A stretch of 64,000 nt of DNA from Podarcis tiliguerta (taxonomy: Eukaryota), in the NCBI GenBank assembly GCA_965153285.1, contig OZ229116.1; one strand, given 5' to 3'. The translations under genes and the position numbers were made by a program. Under the pieces are notes generated by a model, which was not told the DNA's origin, searched no databases, and was given only the letters and a program-made list of their open reading frames with translations. The first letter of the stretch is position 1. Every line of letters starts with the position of its first letter. Shown here piece by piece: positions 12,520 to 26,571 of the stretch.

Positions 12520-15500
12520 GTCTGGATAGTATTTTTACACCAATATTACAAGTGATGGGGCATGGTAGTTGTAATGGGCTTTTAATGTAATACTGAGACT
12601 GTACAGTTCTGTTGAAAATTATACCTTCAAACATTTCCCCCTTATCTAGTTTTTTTGTTTTTGTTTTTTGCCGATGACCCTGAACATCCCTGGAAGATGT
12701 AATGATTTATGAGAAGAGATTAGCTGTACTTGCAGGAAAAAGACCTCCTGCTCATTTTATAGTCTCATACTCTGGAGAGACAAATGAAGCTTCTAATGTT
12801 GAACAGAAAGAGCAGAACTGGGAACAGTTTTGTTTATCTTCCAATCAGATTATGATCAGAAGGTTGAAGGTAGCAGTGTTGCAGATAATATATTGGGGAG
12901 AGGTACTATCTCCTTCCTCAATCCTGTTTTATGTTTTTCCCTCCTTCATTACCTTCTCCTGCAGTGTAGCTGTTACAGCTCTTCCACATCTTTTGTCCTA
13001 AATTGGGGTGGGGTGGATGCCACCTTGGTGTTATTACTTGTAAATACCTGATACCAAAGGAGTGAGTCTTTTTTTTGCATTTGGCCTTAAAGCTGGAAGG
13101 CTCATAGGGATCTAGTGATGTACTTGACTACCCCAGTCTATGTTCTCTGTTTCCCTTTGTCTCTTGCAGAAGACTACAAATGCAGCCACAAGACCTTTCT
13201 TTTCCCTATATGAATCTCTCTTTTAGACCAGAAGGTGAAGAGAATAATTAATGTTATTGTCTGCTTAATGATATTGTCTGTTTCACCTGTTCAGGAATGC
13301 TTGGACCTCTAAGGGTGCTGTTGCTTCGGCAATGAATCATTCCAGAATGAGAGCTTATATGGGAGTTGGAGGCTCCCTTTCCTGGTTCAACCAGGCCTTG
13401 ATCTGGTTGGCTATACACATTCTTCTTTCCCTGAATAACCTCACATTAAGCTGGCTGGGTGCTTCACCCACAGCCCTGAAACTCCTACTGGGCTTGCCAT
13501 TTGCTCTCCTAGGGAGATGACGGGGTCCAGGGCCACGAAGCTATGCAATTGGTGTATAGTTCTCTGATCTTGGAGTAGGGAAGATGGCTCATCAGGATTT
13601 CTGGTTGCTTGGAGATCTGCTAGGGGTGGGGTCCTTTTCCCCTTACTATTCTTCCTAGGAGACTGCAGATTTGAGGGCTGGGGAGGGCTAAGCCTTGCCA
13701 TTTACCCAGTCAGGGAAATAATATAGCATTTAATTATTATTTTTCAGCATTTACATATTGCCCAATTAACCATGTTCTCTGAGTGGTCAACAAATTTAAA
13801 AGCTGTGAAATACAATTAGAAGCAAAATGAAAACCAATCTGTATCTATGCTCTCTGCCTTAGTGGTGTGGCTGCTTATGACTGTCACAATCAACCAGATG
13901 AGATACTAATTACAAGCGAACAATAATTATTTTTAAAAATTTAAAAATATTGTCACTTTAGATGCGATTATTTTCAGCCTAAGGAAGCTCGTCTATTGGG
14001 CCAAGCACTGACATATTTTGAAACAATCTGTTTTAGTGAGATAACACACTGTAATGTAGATAGAATAAGTATTTTAACTGAGGAATCAGTTATTTGCATC
14101 CAGCTGAGTGACCACTGAGATTTTTTCCTCATCTGGAATGTCGCTCTGCCCCCTGCCTAGTTGGATTGATCTACAGTGATGGGCTAGCAGTTTTCTAATA
14201 TTTAAAAAGTAATTAGTAGACTGTTGGCACAAGGTTGATAAAAATGATGATTTAAAAAGTTCAGTTGTAAATCAATATTAAAGTTAGGTTTTCAACCTTG
14301 ATACTAATCTAGCAGAGATTCAGAATACTGTATGTGTTTTGCTTTTCTCATTGTTTTGAGTGAAAGTTGAAATGTTTTTTAAGCCAAGCAAAATTGCATT
14401 TTAGTGACATGTGATATGTTTTGTCTAGCTGCAATTTAATTACCATCTACTTAAGAGTTTATTTCTGTTGATTTCAGTAAAAACCAATTGAGTGACATAT
14501 TTCCTGCAGGTGGTTTGTAGGCCAGCTTGTTTCAGTTCTTTTCCCGTAATAGTATTTCACTGACTAAAAGACCTGCCTATCCTGTGCATTTGAGTAGTTA
14601 CCTGCTTAAAGTTGCTTAAACTTTTCCAGAACTGATGCCTGCTTGAGCAATCCCAAATGTCCCAGGAACAGCAGATGATGGGCCGCTGCATCCAGCAGAT
14701 CTCTCTCACCACAGTTCGAGAGGGAGGTCCACAGTGCAAGGTTTCCTAGTAAAACTATGGAAAGGTTAGCCATTGCGGGTTACTCTCCATATGTACTCAG
14801 AGCTCTGTGGAGGCATGGACATGGTGTGTCAAGACAGAGGGACCATGGATCTGCAGCAATCTAAGCCTACTCAATCCCTTGGCATACCTTCGGAGAGACC
14901 CCCGGATATATGCCGGTCATTAAGCTAGTATATTTAATTCTCTTACATTGCTGTCAATTTTTGATAGCAGTATTTTTGCTTCAATTACTTTTGTAAGAAC
15001 AGAGACAATAGATATTAGCAGTATTTTCTGTGGCTCATAAAGGTGGCATTTAGGGTATTTTTCATGGTCTAGTACTTGTGCAGTAGCGCTGATGTTGCCC
15101 TTCCACTTTCAGCAGGGCTCTGTAGAGTGTATTCAGATCTGCATTTCAGAGGCTATTCACATCACATTTATGTGGGCCTCACTTTAAGCTATTTCATTAG
15201 TCCCGCCAATAGACAACAAAATGGGGTATTTTATTCTTTTCATGGACATTTCCATGACTATAGGAAATATAACATATGACCAACCAGGCCCGTTGAGCAG
15301 AATTATGATGGATTTTTGCCTAGGTCCTCATACCAGTGCTTCCCACTAGTGATATTAGAGAACTCTAGGCTCTGGTGAGGTGAGTTTTTGCTGCTTTTAA
15401 ATCTCAGGCCCCTTTGCAAGTCACAGTTGCTGTGTACAGCCCATTTAAATTGCTTCACAGGGTTTATTACTGCTGAACTGTTGCTATGTCGTAGTTCATC

Positions 15501-17951
15501 ACCCACATCCTGCAATTCATGCTTTTACAACTGTCCAAAAAGAATGATCCGCAAGCCTCTCTTTATAAACAAATGTTTCATCATAATATGACATCTGTTA
15601 TGTGAGATGATTTAAAACAGCCTCTCTATAGCAAGTGTAAGGTGCGCAGTTGCCTTTATCTTCTTGCTGAGAGGAGGGCAAAGTTTGGTTTGATTTGCTT
15701 CTGCAGAAGGAAGAAAACAGAGATTTCACACCCAGCAGCAGCAGCTGAGCCAAATCTCTAGCAGAGGACTGGCGGGAAGAAGCACTCTTAGTTTGGCAAT
15801 GGTCCATGGCTCAGTAATTGAAAAACAACACCTTACTCTTGTTTTTATAATTTTGCCAGGCATGTATAAACAGACTTTTTCAAAATGGTGGTCATATCTT
15901 AAAACTGCAGAATTCCCAAGAAAAGCTACTTTGATTCTTACAGATCTCTACAGACCTATCTTTACTACAAAGAACATTTTATGAATAGTTTTCCCAAGGG
16001 GGAAAGGGGAATTGTTTTTATGATTTCAACGTTCTTCATTCAGGGGAGAAGCCTGCACCCTAGACAGAAAGGAGTGGTGATCTTACACACTTCAGCTTCC
16101 TTTCTACAGTATTATGAAGATTACAATGTTTGGCTTTAAATAGTTTTGCTGTGTCATGAAATAAAAATGTAAAAGAGAAATGTATGGCTGTGATGCTTCA
16201 TACACTTCAACTGAACTTGAAACGACCCAGATTGTGGTGTGATTTGAGATTCAGTTTTATTTAATTCCAAATGCAAAACACGAGAGGCTAAGGCATTGTC
16301 AAAGTTTGAATCTCTGATTCCTCTCATGTGTTTATGGCCACAAAATCTTTACAATAGACTTGCTTTTGGGAACAGAGTGCTGTCTTTTGTCTCTGGGAAA
16401 AATTGAGAGGTTGCAAATGAAAGCATAAAGAGGCCTCTTTATTCATGTCCCCAAGTCTTTGTTTCATTGGGCATTGTTTCAGTTTATAAGAGTTGTTTTA
16501 GCAGATATAGCGTGCTGGAAAGGCCGACTGATTCCCATGCACATCAGGCTTGTTAAAATCCTGTTATCTACTCAGCTGCCCACCCAGGATTTATTTGTTT
16601 CAAGGGTAGTTAGGATGTCTGTTTCCCCCCCTCTCCTTGTTAGTTACATTGAGTTTGCTTATTAAATTATGGAATCCGACAGCATCTTGGGCTAAAGAAC
16701 CGCCTCCCGCTCTGATTTTCAGGGTTTATTACAGTTGTTGTTTAAAAGCAGTACTTAGCATTTTCCAGAATAATTCTCTTATAATTCAGAAATCATGTGC
16801 ATTTTGTTTAGCACAGTCGTTTGTCTATAGGTGCCTAAGATAATTGCAGTCAAATTTTGTCTGCAGCTTAATGTTCACATGACACCAAAATACTTGGGAA
16901 GTGGAAGTCCTCTGGTTAAAAATGTTTATGGTAATGAAATGTACAATACCACCTAGTATAGTTTTTGACTCTGGTCACGTAGATCTTTTATTTGGCCTTC
17001 TTTCACTACAGAAGTGGGTTGTTAAATTGTACAGTGTTGTATGTTTTAATGAGGTAAGAGCAGGAGACAGCATGGTTATTAATGTCATACTTGGCATTTA
17101 GGTAGATCAGCTATATTAAAGAAAGCCTCCAATTGATGGTATTAGCTACAAACAGTGTAAATGGCTTACTAGTGATAGTTCAAAGGACTATTTAAATTTT
17201 AAATGTCTGTCTGTAGAAACCTGCTTAGATTGGAATTGTTTAAGTTGTGCTGTAAGATGACACAGGAGGTTTTTTTTTTAACTGTTTAACTTAGATTACT
17301 ATTTACGCCCATTAATGAAAATGCTGCATGAAAACAATTTTTTAAATTAAGGGTTAACAGTTTCATAAAGACAACAAATCAGGCTTTCTTTGTGAACTGA
17401 GTAACTATTCTTCAGTAACTTTATAGCAAAGACGATTGTATTAAAAACATTTATTTGCAAATGTATATAGAGCTTTCATATGACTGCATTTATCCAATCA
17501 GACAAATTCAGAGTTGAGCAGAGCTTGAAATGTATTGACAGGTTTAGTGAACATGTTTTGAATTGGCCATTAAATCTCTTGAATGCCTCAGATTCATATC
17601 TGACAAACTTGATAATCAGTTTTCCATAACATTTATTTTTATTTGAAGAAATGAATTTGTTTTCCCTACAATTCTACTTCAGCCTGAATGGCTGTTTAAG
17701 CTGAAACATTCAGTTATATAAAGAATCAAGATTGTGTATTATTTAGATCTTACTAGACAAGTGGGATTTGTTCCTTGCATCCCAGTTATCAAAAAGATTA
17801 ACCCTTTGCCCCCAGAATTCTAATTGCAGCCATTTAGAAACAAAGAGGTTGTTTGTACAAGATAGTAGCAAAATCGGGGTTTATGCCAAGTGCAATGCTT
17901 CTCAATTGAATGGGGTTGCGAGTATTACATAAATTTTGTCTTGCATTTCAG

Positions 17952-18066
17952 GCACCTATAAAGGCGACTTGTGAAGAAGGCACATTATGCAAGACTGGGT
18001 TTCCTGAAGACGTTTACAATGCAGTCATATCCAGGGGAGTTCATGAAGGACAGCCTCTTCTAAATG
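17952..18066 (+). CDS. CDH2: Cadherin-2 (N-cadherin) coding exon 2, start of the prodomain; phase 0 to phase 1
   Basis: Acceptor ttgcatttcag| and donor G|gtacgg. The 115 bp translate to [38 protein letters not shown]+G, matching recalled chicken ([20 protein letters not shown]...GQPLLNV) and human ([28 protein letters not shown]) N-cadherin. Absent from the ORF track. Confidence 0.97.
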
Positions 18067-20039
18067 GTACGGTTGCATGTGACATTTAGCTTCTTATTTC
18101 TTGTGCATACATTAATTCTAAGGTATATTGTTTGGATTCCTTAAATAACACAAGAACCCTCTTTTACTTCAGTAATATAACAGATATATACTACCAGATG
18201 TAGTTTTGGGATTCAGTTGGATAGAAATGATTGACCAAAGGTTTGCCATTGAAATGCCTCTTCCAGAGTATTTTTCTACAGAACTCATTGTGAGATGGCT
18301 TCATTGTAATACTTTTCTGTTAGGCCTCTTGATAAGGTCATTCTCGATTTTGTAAATTATAACAAGGACCTTTCTTATCCTAAATAGGAACTGAAATTTT
18401 ATTACAGAAAAAGATTGTCCCCAAACCAGTTCCCTCCCTGTACCAAAATTTGCTTGCTATGTGGCCGGGGTAGTGTTCATAGAAGGATAAAATAATATAA
18501 TATCTAAGTTCTCATCTCCCCTCACCCACTTCTCTCATTCTGAGTGTTTTTTGTACATGTGAAAGCCTTTTACCAAGCTGTCATATGATTTGTGAAAGCA
18601 ACCTACTTTTAAAAAAATCCCTCTATCCTTTCCCCCAAATGGCATAATAACCAGAATGAGAACAAAAAGATAGGCGGTTCCCATTTCTTCAGCCTTCAAT
18701 GCCACAGAAGCTGGCAGAAATCTCAAGAAACACAAAAATATTAAAATTGTTTATTTCTGTTCTGTGTGAAACATATATTGTGTGAAATATATTGCTAATA
18801 CTTTACAGCTAGACAGATTTTTCTATACAAAGAGAGAGGGAGAGAGAGAATTTTAATTGTCAGTAGAGGGCCTCAGAGTAAGAAAAATGTATTAATTTTG
18901 TTGTTTTATAAGCTGTGAATATCATAGAAATTACTTTGCAGCTAATTTAGAAATTATGGCGCTGATCAAGAGGATTAGTTTCAGTGAGTTTCAAATCTAT
19001 CTTAAATAAAAACTAATTTGATTCTATCCATTGTTTCTTTCTTCTACAAATATTGCTGCATAGATCAAGCCATTAACATAAATGAAAAAGATTTTTTTAA
19101 AAAATGGAGCCACAAATCAAACTGATCCTTGAAACAAAAGCTTTCTTCTGTATTTAACGTATTCTATTCAACAGTGTCTGCTCATAATTATATTTTTACA
19201 GACCTTCCTAGTGCTTTCATAACAATAATTGAATCTCAAATGCAAAAGGAATTTATTGGTTTTAGATTATTAAATCCTGACTTTAATAAAGTACTTCCTT
19301 GATTCATTTAAAGCAAGGAAATAAATTCCATATATTTGGTTCACTAATTAGTAGGTTTCAAAAATGATAAGACAACTTGGAATATTCTTCAAAACTAGTT
19401 TCTTGATATTGGGAGTTGTGTTGAGGTTTCTATCTTTAACTATGAATTTCTAGAGTTCAATTTGGTAGTGCAATTAGCTGCAATTCACACCTATCATAAT
19501 AGTCAAAACAGCCGTTTCTCCCCTGTTTTCATAAGAATGTTTCCTGATGATTTTGTTCACATTTATATATGAGTAAGTATAAAATAATCCTCCCTCTTAA
19601 GAAGACTTGCACATAATTTCCCCAGAAAAGTAATTAGTTCATAAAAAGTACCACACACTTCTGCTAGTAATTTGTTACCTAAAAGAAAAGAGCTGTCACT
19701 TTGGTAAAGTTTCTCTTTCAAGTCTTCTAGAGGTATTCCTACTTGCCCTGTGGAGAAAAATGTTTGTGAAGGATCTGAACAAAGGAACTGCAGATAAAGT
19801 GTGAAATCTTTGTTTCAAGAAGAACTTTGAGATTATTTACACTGATACCAAGGGAGTACAATCACAATATGTTTGTTAAATTCTTTCAATATATAACAAC
19901 ATTGTAAAGACAAATAATGAAATATCCCAATTTAAATAACAAAGAAGGGAGAACAATCACAATATGCTACTCATCTAATAGTTAATATTCTACTATTATA
20001 CAGACATAAAGTTTAACATTAATCATTATATCTGCATAC

Positions 20040-20430
20040 ATAACCATGGTTGAGTAACTATTGGCCACAACCCAGAATATGAAGCCATAGTTTGAAGGGG
20101 CTGGCATACCATGATTTGTATAACCATGGCTAAGTGTACTGAGCAAACTTTGGTTAATTGAGATCCCTTGCCTCTCCGAAGTTCTCTGCAGGGTACTTTT
20201 CTACATCTTCTGCTGCAAGCTTCATTGGTGTCTTCTTATACACACCCATAGGGATAGTGTTTAGCTTAGCAACCAAAACCATGGTTTCACATAACACTAA
20301 ACCATGATTTGCAAGATGAAGCCTCAGATTCACACCCTTCTCTCTTTCCTCCAGTGAAGCTATGAGGAGTTTGGAAGCTTTCATACCTGTTTTAGCATGT
20401 ACAAATTGGATTAATCTTAACTATGATATG
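20040..20430. mobile_element. Degenerate MITE(s) with aaccatggtt subrepeats; related element near 34275-34600
   Basis: Multiple aaccat(g/a) motifs in inverted arrangement at both loci. Confidence 0.5.
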
Positions 20431-22524
20431 CAACAGCAGAAGTGACGGGGGGGGGTGTAAAAAAGCTATGAGGTAGAGAATGTTTTATATTTTTTCCTTC
20501 AGAGACAACACCTAACGCCCCTAACAAATCCAATGCCACAAGAGGCTGGTCTCTTCCAGAACTCTGATTGTGTGATGTCCATGTGACAAGCCCAGGTCAT
20601 GAATTGTGTGGAATGCAGGGTGGTTGTTCTTGAGTTTTGTGGTACCAGCATCCAGAAAGAAGGCTGCTATAAATTTTTAGGTAGCAAGCAGTTAGCTATA
20701 TGAGAATGTGGGGTATTGAAATTTAGCCATAAACCTCACCTTTCAACGAATCAAAGTTTGGCTCAGTCTCCTCCCGCCCCAAACACATAGACACCAAATA
20801 CACATAACCTTCTGCATTATCAGATAACCCAACACAGGACTTTACAAACTAGTCACAATTTGCTATAAATCTGAAAAGTTTATTTTGCAGTGGAAACATT
20901 TGGCCTGAAAGTCAAGTGCCCTTTGAAATGGCCCTTGCTATGCTGCCCCCCCCCCCCCCCCCCGGTTAATGACCAGCAGTGGCAGCAACAAACTGTTGTG
21001 CTTTGGTGTTGTCAGAAATTCAAAGTATTCTTCTGACTCACTTGGTTTGAGAGATTAGACCACCCTGGGTTAGTGGATTACAGCGGTGCATCTTACTGTA
21101 TTTTATCTAATTGGGTTATACTCAGAGTAGACACATTAAAGTCAGTTAAGTCTACCCTGAGTATATATCAACCACTAGACAACAGAATTCAGTTGCAATA
21201 CACAGAAAGTGAATATTACAAGACAGTTTTTAATTTCTTTTTTATTTGAATCAGTGTGTATTAGTTTTAAAAAAACTTCCTGGGGCATCATGTTTGTTTG
21301 TTTTGTTCACTACAACTTCCTTAGTCAAATTATTTTAATGGTTAATTCTCTTGAAAGTACTGACATGCTTGAAAGCATATCATTTGCTGGTTTTACATAA
21401 ATGTACAGGCCATCATTGGATGGCTTTGACTTAAAATTTAATTACGCTGTCATTTTGAAGTACTATTGTTGTCAAAAGCCCATTTTCTGGTTATTAAACT
21501 AGATGCATGTGACAATAGAAGTTAAGCATGCTTTGTGTTGTGCTCCCTTTTGAGGGTGAAAAGCTCTGTGGGCCAGATTCAGAACCCTGTATTTCCCTTG
21601 ATATTGTTGGCGTATATCCAGATTTACACCAGCTCGAGATCTGAATTCTGCACTTTAATTGTTATGGATTTTCTGTGAGGGTTGAAGCTTTTTAAAGATT
21701 TTTTTTACTATACTGTCAGTTGCCTGAGGTATAGAGGTTTTATTATCCTCTTACCCAGCATTAAAATACAGCGACTGAGGCAAGAGACTCACAAAGTGAC
21801 CAAACTTTTTTCATTTGTTTTCTGTTCTTTTTGTTGAATTTTAACACATTAGGGAAACACTAATTTGTTTCCCTTCAAAACAGAAAACTCTTAAGGTTAT
21901 ACTTGCACTGTGAAATGTTAGAGATCTGTGTCAGACACTGCTTTTGCATGTTTCCTCAATACGGCTGCAAACCTATAAGCACTTACCTGGTGGTAAGTCC
22001 CATAGAGCTCAGTGAGACTTCCTTTTGAGAAATTTATAGGGTTGCACGTTAATTCCGTTTACGGGTGCACAAATCCCAGTTCTCTGTTGCAGTGCAACCG
22101 TTACAGAAAATGCGCCCCAAAGAGATCTACCAGACAGCATCTCATGTAAGTGTTAGATAATTTGTTGAAAGAAAGCAGTTCTGTGGCAACTTTTACAGGA
22201 GGCCTAGATAGGCAGGGAGGAAAATAGACAGCAAGAATAGAATATAGGCAGACTCTTAGACAGAGCCAGAATACGGCTGTTGCTTTAGCAAAGATGTAGG
22301 CCAGACTGTTTTGCCAGGATGGGGGGAATCAATAGATTTCCTTGGTGGATGGGGTGTTGCTGGAAGATGAAACAATAATACAGCTGTTTCAAACATTACT
22401 GCAATTCTGAATGGCTTACGAGTAGGGGCAGAAAAACAGAAATCTGGTGACCTCTGTTTCCAACTCCCTTTCACCAAACACATAAGGATGACTATGCCTA
22501 TTTCTCATATGTCAATCTTCCTGT

Positions 22525-22526
22525 TG

Positions 22527-22563
<37 letters not shown>
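22525..22563. repeat. (TTG)n(TTA)n microsatellite, probably a minus-strand LINE tail
   Basis: Direct reading. Confidence 0.9.
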
Positions 22564-22564
<1 letters not shown>

Positions 22565-23054
22565 TGTATTGCCTATCAGGACATACTTTGCTTTACATAA
22601 AGCAAAAATAAGACAAGCCCCTCTCTCAGGCTTACAACTTCTTTTTCAACTTTGCTGCTAGTTAGAAAACACAAAATGGGCAATGGTTCTATAGTCGACT
22701 CACATCCTGATCCTAAAACATTTCTATAGAGTTGAAGTTGGGACTTACTTCTCAGTACACATACTTGGGCTTTCAGGCATTGTGCTTTTGACTTGGTAGC
22801 TTGTTCTCAGATATTTTACCTCAAAAAACAGCTTTTTTGTTGTTGTTTTTTGTTTAAAATGAATCTGTGAGTTTTAAGTCTGCATATCTATATTTGATTA
22901 TATTTGATTACTGATAGTTTATGGTTTACATCTACTTACAATCTTCACATGACCTTCATAAGGTGCACTGGCTTATGTTTCATTTCTGGATTCATTTGCA
23001 AGGGCTGGTATAGCTATCCAAAATCCCTTACACTTTGGGACCAGTTCCTTGAAG

Positions 23055-23280
23055 GATTGCCTGTCTCCATGTGTGCCTGTCCTTACACTAAGATCCTCAT
23101 TGAAGGCCTTTATCCACATTCCTTTCCCATCTGAGGTATGTACAGCAGGTGCCTGCCAGGGAAGCAGCCTTCTCGGTGGTGGTGCCCCAAAAGTAGGATG
23201 CTTTCTCTAGGGTGACTTGTTTGGTGCCTACTCCAGTGTCATTTTGGCGTCAGAAAAAGAACTTATTTTCTTAGAACCTT
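23055..23280 (+). mobile_element. L2 LINE 3' fragment
   Basis: ctaagatcctc...gccttctcggtggtggtgcccc (RAFSV.AP-type end), homologous to about 10790-10930. Confidence 0.7.
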
Positions 23281-24202
23281 TAATTCAATTTATCTGTTTT
23301 GTCTACATGAGGTCTCTTGTTTTTATGCTGCTCCTTGTGATTTTATGGTTTCTAATAAATATTTCTATGTTTTTAATAGCATGTTTTAAATTAAAGATAA
23401 TTTGTTTTCAGATTTTGTATGGGTATAAGTCCTTCAGAATTAAACAAAAAGTGTGTTGAATATAAGGTACATTGAAAATTACTACAGAAATATAGTGATC
23501 TTCCCTTTTGAGATAAAACTGAAATTTGCAAAGCAGTGAATAAAAGTTAAGGAGATGGATGTTAGAAAAACTCCTTTCTTGATAGTGAAGTGCTATCAAA
23601 TGTTTTATCTTAGGTACTTCACTGGTGGGCTTTCTGGCATTCTAAGCATCTAACTGATCACTCTGTTTGGGAAAGGAATTTTACTCAACGTCCTATTGGT
23701 GGTCAGGAGTGGTTTTTTCCAGCTCTTATCACTTCCGCAGCATATGATCAGGCCTGGAAGTTTGTCTCATCAAAGTATAGCTTATGACAGCTTTCTTATT
23801 GCTGATAGCAAATGTGCTCAACAGGCACATATAACCTGTTGGATTCCCCCCCCCCCCCAACTCTTGTGGTATGCTAGGAATTAATGCAGTTTTATTGTTC
23901 TAAAAGTATCCCAAGATTGAATAAGTTTTCCATTTCAACACCACATTCTATACAGTTCAATGAAGAATTCCTGCGCAGAAATCTTGCATCAGTTCCAGTG
24001 GCTATATTGGGTAGTCTATATCGTAGATTCTGATATGCTTTTGTGCAGTCCTTTCGATTAATAAAATTATAACATCATGATACAACTGTGGCCCTGCAAA
24101 TATTTGCCATGCATATTGCTTGGGTTACTGCAAATCGGTTATTGTAATGCTTTTTTAGCATACCAGAAAAGTTGCTATAGCATAAGATTCTACATAGTGT
24201 AA

Positions 24203-24392
24203 GTGGGTGTCCACTCAATTTAGCAGCACTTCACCTTTATCTCCACGCCTTTGGAGTCCTCTTCCCACCCCTAGATCTGTTCCAGAGGATTGAGGGACCT
24301 TCTAGAGCAGATTTTATGGGGACTGGAGAGGGAAGAAGAGAAAAATCCAGTTGTCCAAGTGAATTTGTGTTGCAAAAGCAGACAGACGTCAT
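24203..24392. mobile_element. Degenerate palindromic MITE; related copy near 52315-52482
   Basis: Central inverted arms atctgttccaga / tctagagcagat. Confidence 0.5.
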
Positions 24393-25204
24393 TGCTTTTT
24401 TGAGTTTCATTCAGATGAGTGAACAATGATTAATAATCACCTAACTGCTTTATATCAATATGAGTTGCTTACGAAGTTTTTAATTTAAAAACATTTCTAA
24501 AATGGAAAACAGTAGTGTTCTATGACATTCAGTATTAGAAACTCAGTTATATAAGGTAGGTGCCAAATGGCTCGTTAAACCATGTTATAGTTGCCAAAAC
24601 GGGATGCCTAATTTCCATTTCGGGGCATAATCTCTTGTGAATAGTGGCTTTAAAAAATAAAATCTTTTATTTAAATATGCAGATTTTTCACGAATCACTG
24701 GCTTATTATAATCTTAGCAAAAATGTAGAAGAGCCAGAGTATGTGTTCACAAAATTTCTGTGTAAAACTGTTGGTTTTCACATTGTGTATATAATTATAT
24801 GTTCAGTTCTATCATTTAGATTTACAATGGGATCTTTTGTTGACTTGTCATCCTTTAACATCAGAAGACAGAAATTATTAGAACTTCCTGTTGAATGGGT
24901 TGTTTTTTTTAAAAAAAGTGTCTTATAATACAGATTATAATACAAAAATAAAACCACATTCTAGCAGTAACTAAAAACATAACGAATCCATTAAATTAAA
25001 TAATACTGTGTTAAAACATTGGATGTCATTCAGTTTGCGCTAATCGACTTGACTTCATTGTTCTGAACATAGCTCATCGTTGTGTATCACCAATATATGT
25101 GTTATTGTAAACCATCTTAATTCTTAAGCAAGGGTAGAATGCAACTAGGGATGATTAATGGATGGTTGGGTACAAATAAGGGGTATTCTCATGTTGATAC
25201 AGAC

Positions 25205-26433
25205 TGTAAGGAACCTTATCTTGCCCGGGAAGTTGTATTAAGATCTGTAGCAGCATGTAAGGGGATGGTGGAGGTTTGCCCATTTTTATGACTTTTTTTC
25301 GGCAGGATATATACATGGCTTTCCATATAAATCCATAATATCCTACCTAGGAGCTTCAGCTGAGCCAGCAGTTTGATAAAATAGAGCAGTCTTGGTAGAG
25401 TAGATGAGAAGCCTCTGTGGAGAGGAAAGCATGACTCCATGCAAGATGAGGGCCCTGCCAGATTAACAGCTACAGGGTGAAAGTGACCCGGGAGCTGAGC
25501 TTGTAAGACACTCATGTTGAGCGGGTGGCTGAAGAAATCCAGAGTGTGGATGGGCAGTGGAAGGGGCTGGGACTGTGAAGAGATGCAGTCAGTAGCTGAA
25601 GGCAAGGGGGAAGACAATGCCTTGGAGAAGGGTGAGCCGGCTGAAGCTGAGATGCTGCTTCTGATTGATTTCTTCAGTCACTGGGAGTCTGCTGTGGAAG
25701 AGGGGAGCGGTGCAGTAGGAAAGGCCTTGCGAAGGAGGTGGAAAGTGTGTTGGGAGAAGAGTGAGCAGGCTGAGGAGCTGCTTCTAATTTGTTTCTCTAT
25801 CCCTTGGAAGAGTGCTGTGGAAGGAGGAGTGCAGGAGGAAAGAGCCTCAGAGGATGGAGATGAAGATCTGTTGTTTATAGAGCTCTTCACTCCGTGTGTG
25901 TGTGTGTGTGTGTGTGTGTGCATGAGCAAGAGGAATCAGTGCCTGTGGAGATGCCAGAAGAAGAGGAGCAGCAGAAGGAATTTGTGCACCTGAGTGTTCA
26001 CCAGCGCCTGAGGAAATGGTGGCAGAGGAAAACCCAAAGGGAAAACTGAAGCTCTGTGTACATGCACCAGGAGGGCAGCCAGCATCTGCTGAGTTGAGTG
26101 AAATAAAACCCAGCAATGACCTTTCATGTCCCTATACTAGGTTTATCCCTTAAGCAGGCCCCAGCAGCCAGGGTCACTCAGAGTCCCATGAGTTTGGGGG
26201 GCAAGAGCACCTGGGAGGGTTACTTGTATTTGTTTGGGCCCATGAAATGTATTAGGAGTAAGCGTAGAGGGGGGAATCCTGGTCGTCTTTTTGGGTGAAC
26301 TGGGCCAGCTGATTGTGGGAAAAGTGCTCCAATATAAAGACTTGTGGTCGGATTATGATCAGCATCTTGGGGCAGGAGATTAAGTGGACTGGCCCAAGGG
26401 TGGCAAGAGAAGGAAGGAAAGAGAGAGAGAGAG

Positions 26434-26464
<31 letters not shown>

Positions 26465-26571
26465 GAGAAAGAAAGGTCTCCACTGTCCTTCACTCTGAGG
26501 AAACCGAACTCTTGAGTAAGCGCCTGGAACCCCTGAATTCTTGTACCACTCAGAGTTGGGTGGCATGCAAC
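25205..26571 (+). mobile_element. Probable LTR-derived, purine-rich region (one or two solo LTRs) with internal tandem units and microsatellites
   Basis: Begins tgtaag and ends gcaaca; AATAAA near 26102; TATA-like tataaa near 26333; (TG)n 25894-25920 and (GA)/(GAAA)n 26420-26474. No TSD confirmed. Confidence 0.4.

Larger units (their letters stand above)
1..17951 (+). other. CDH2: CDH2 intron 1 (partial)
   Basis: Lies between the 5' CpG island and the exon 2 acceptor. Confidence 0.85.
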
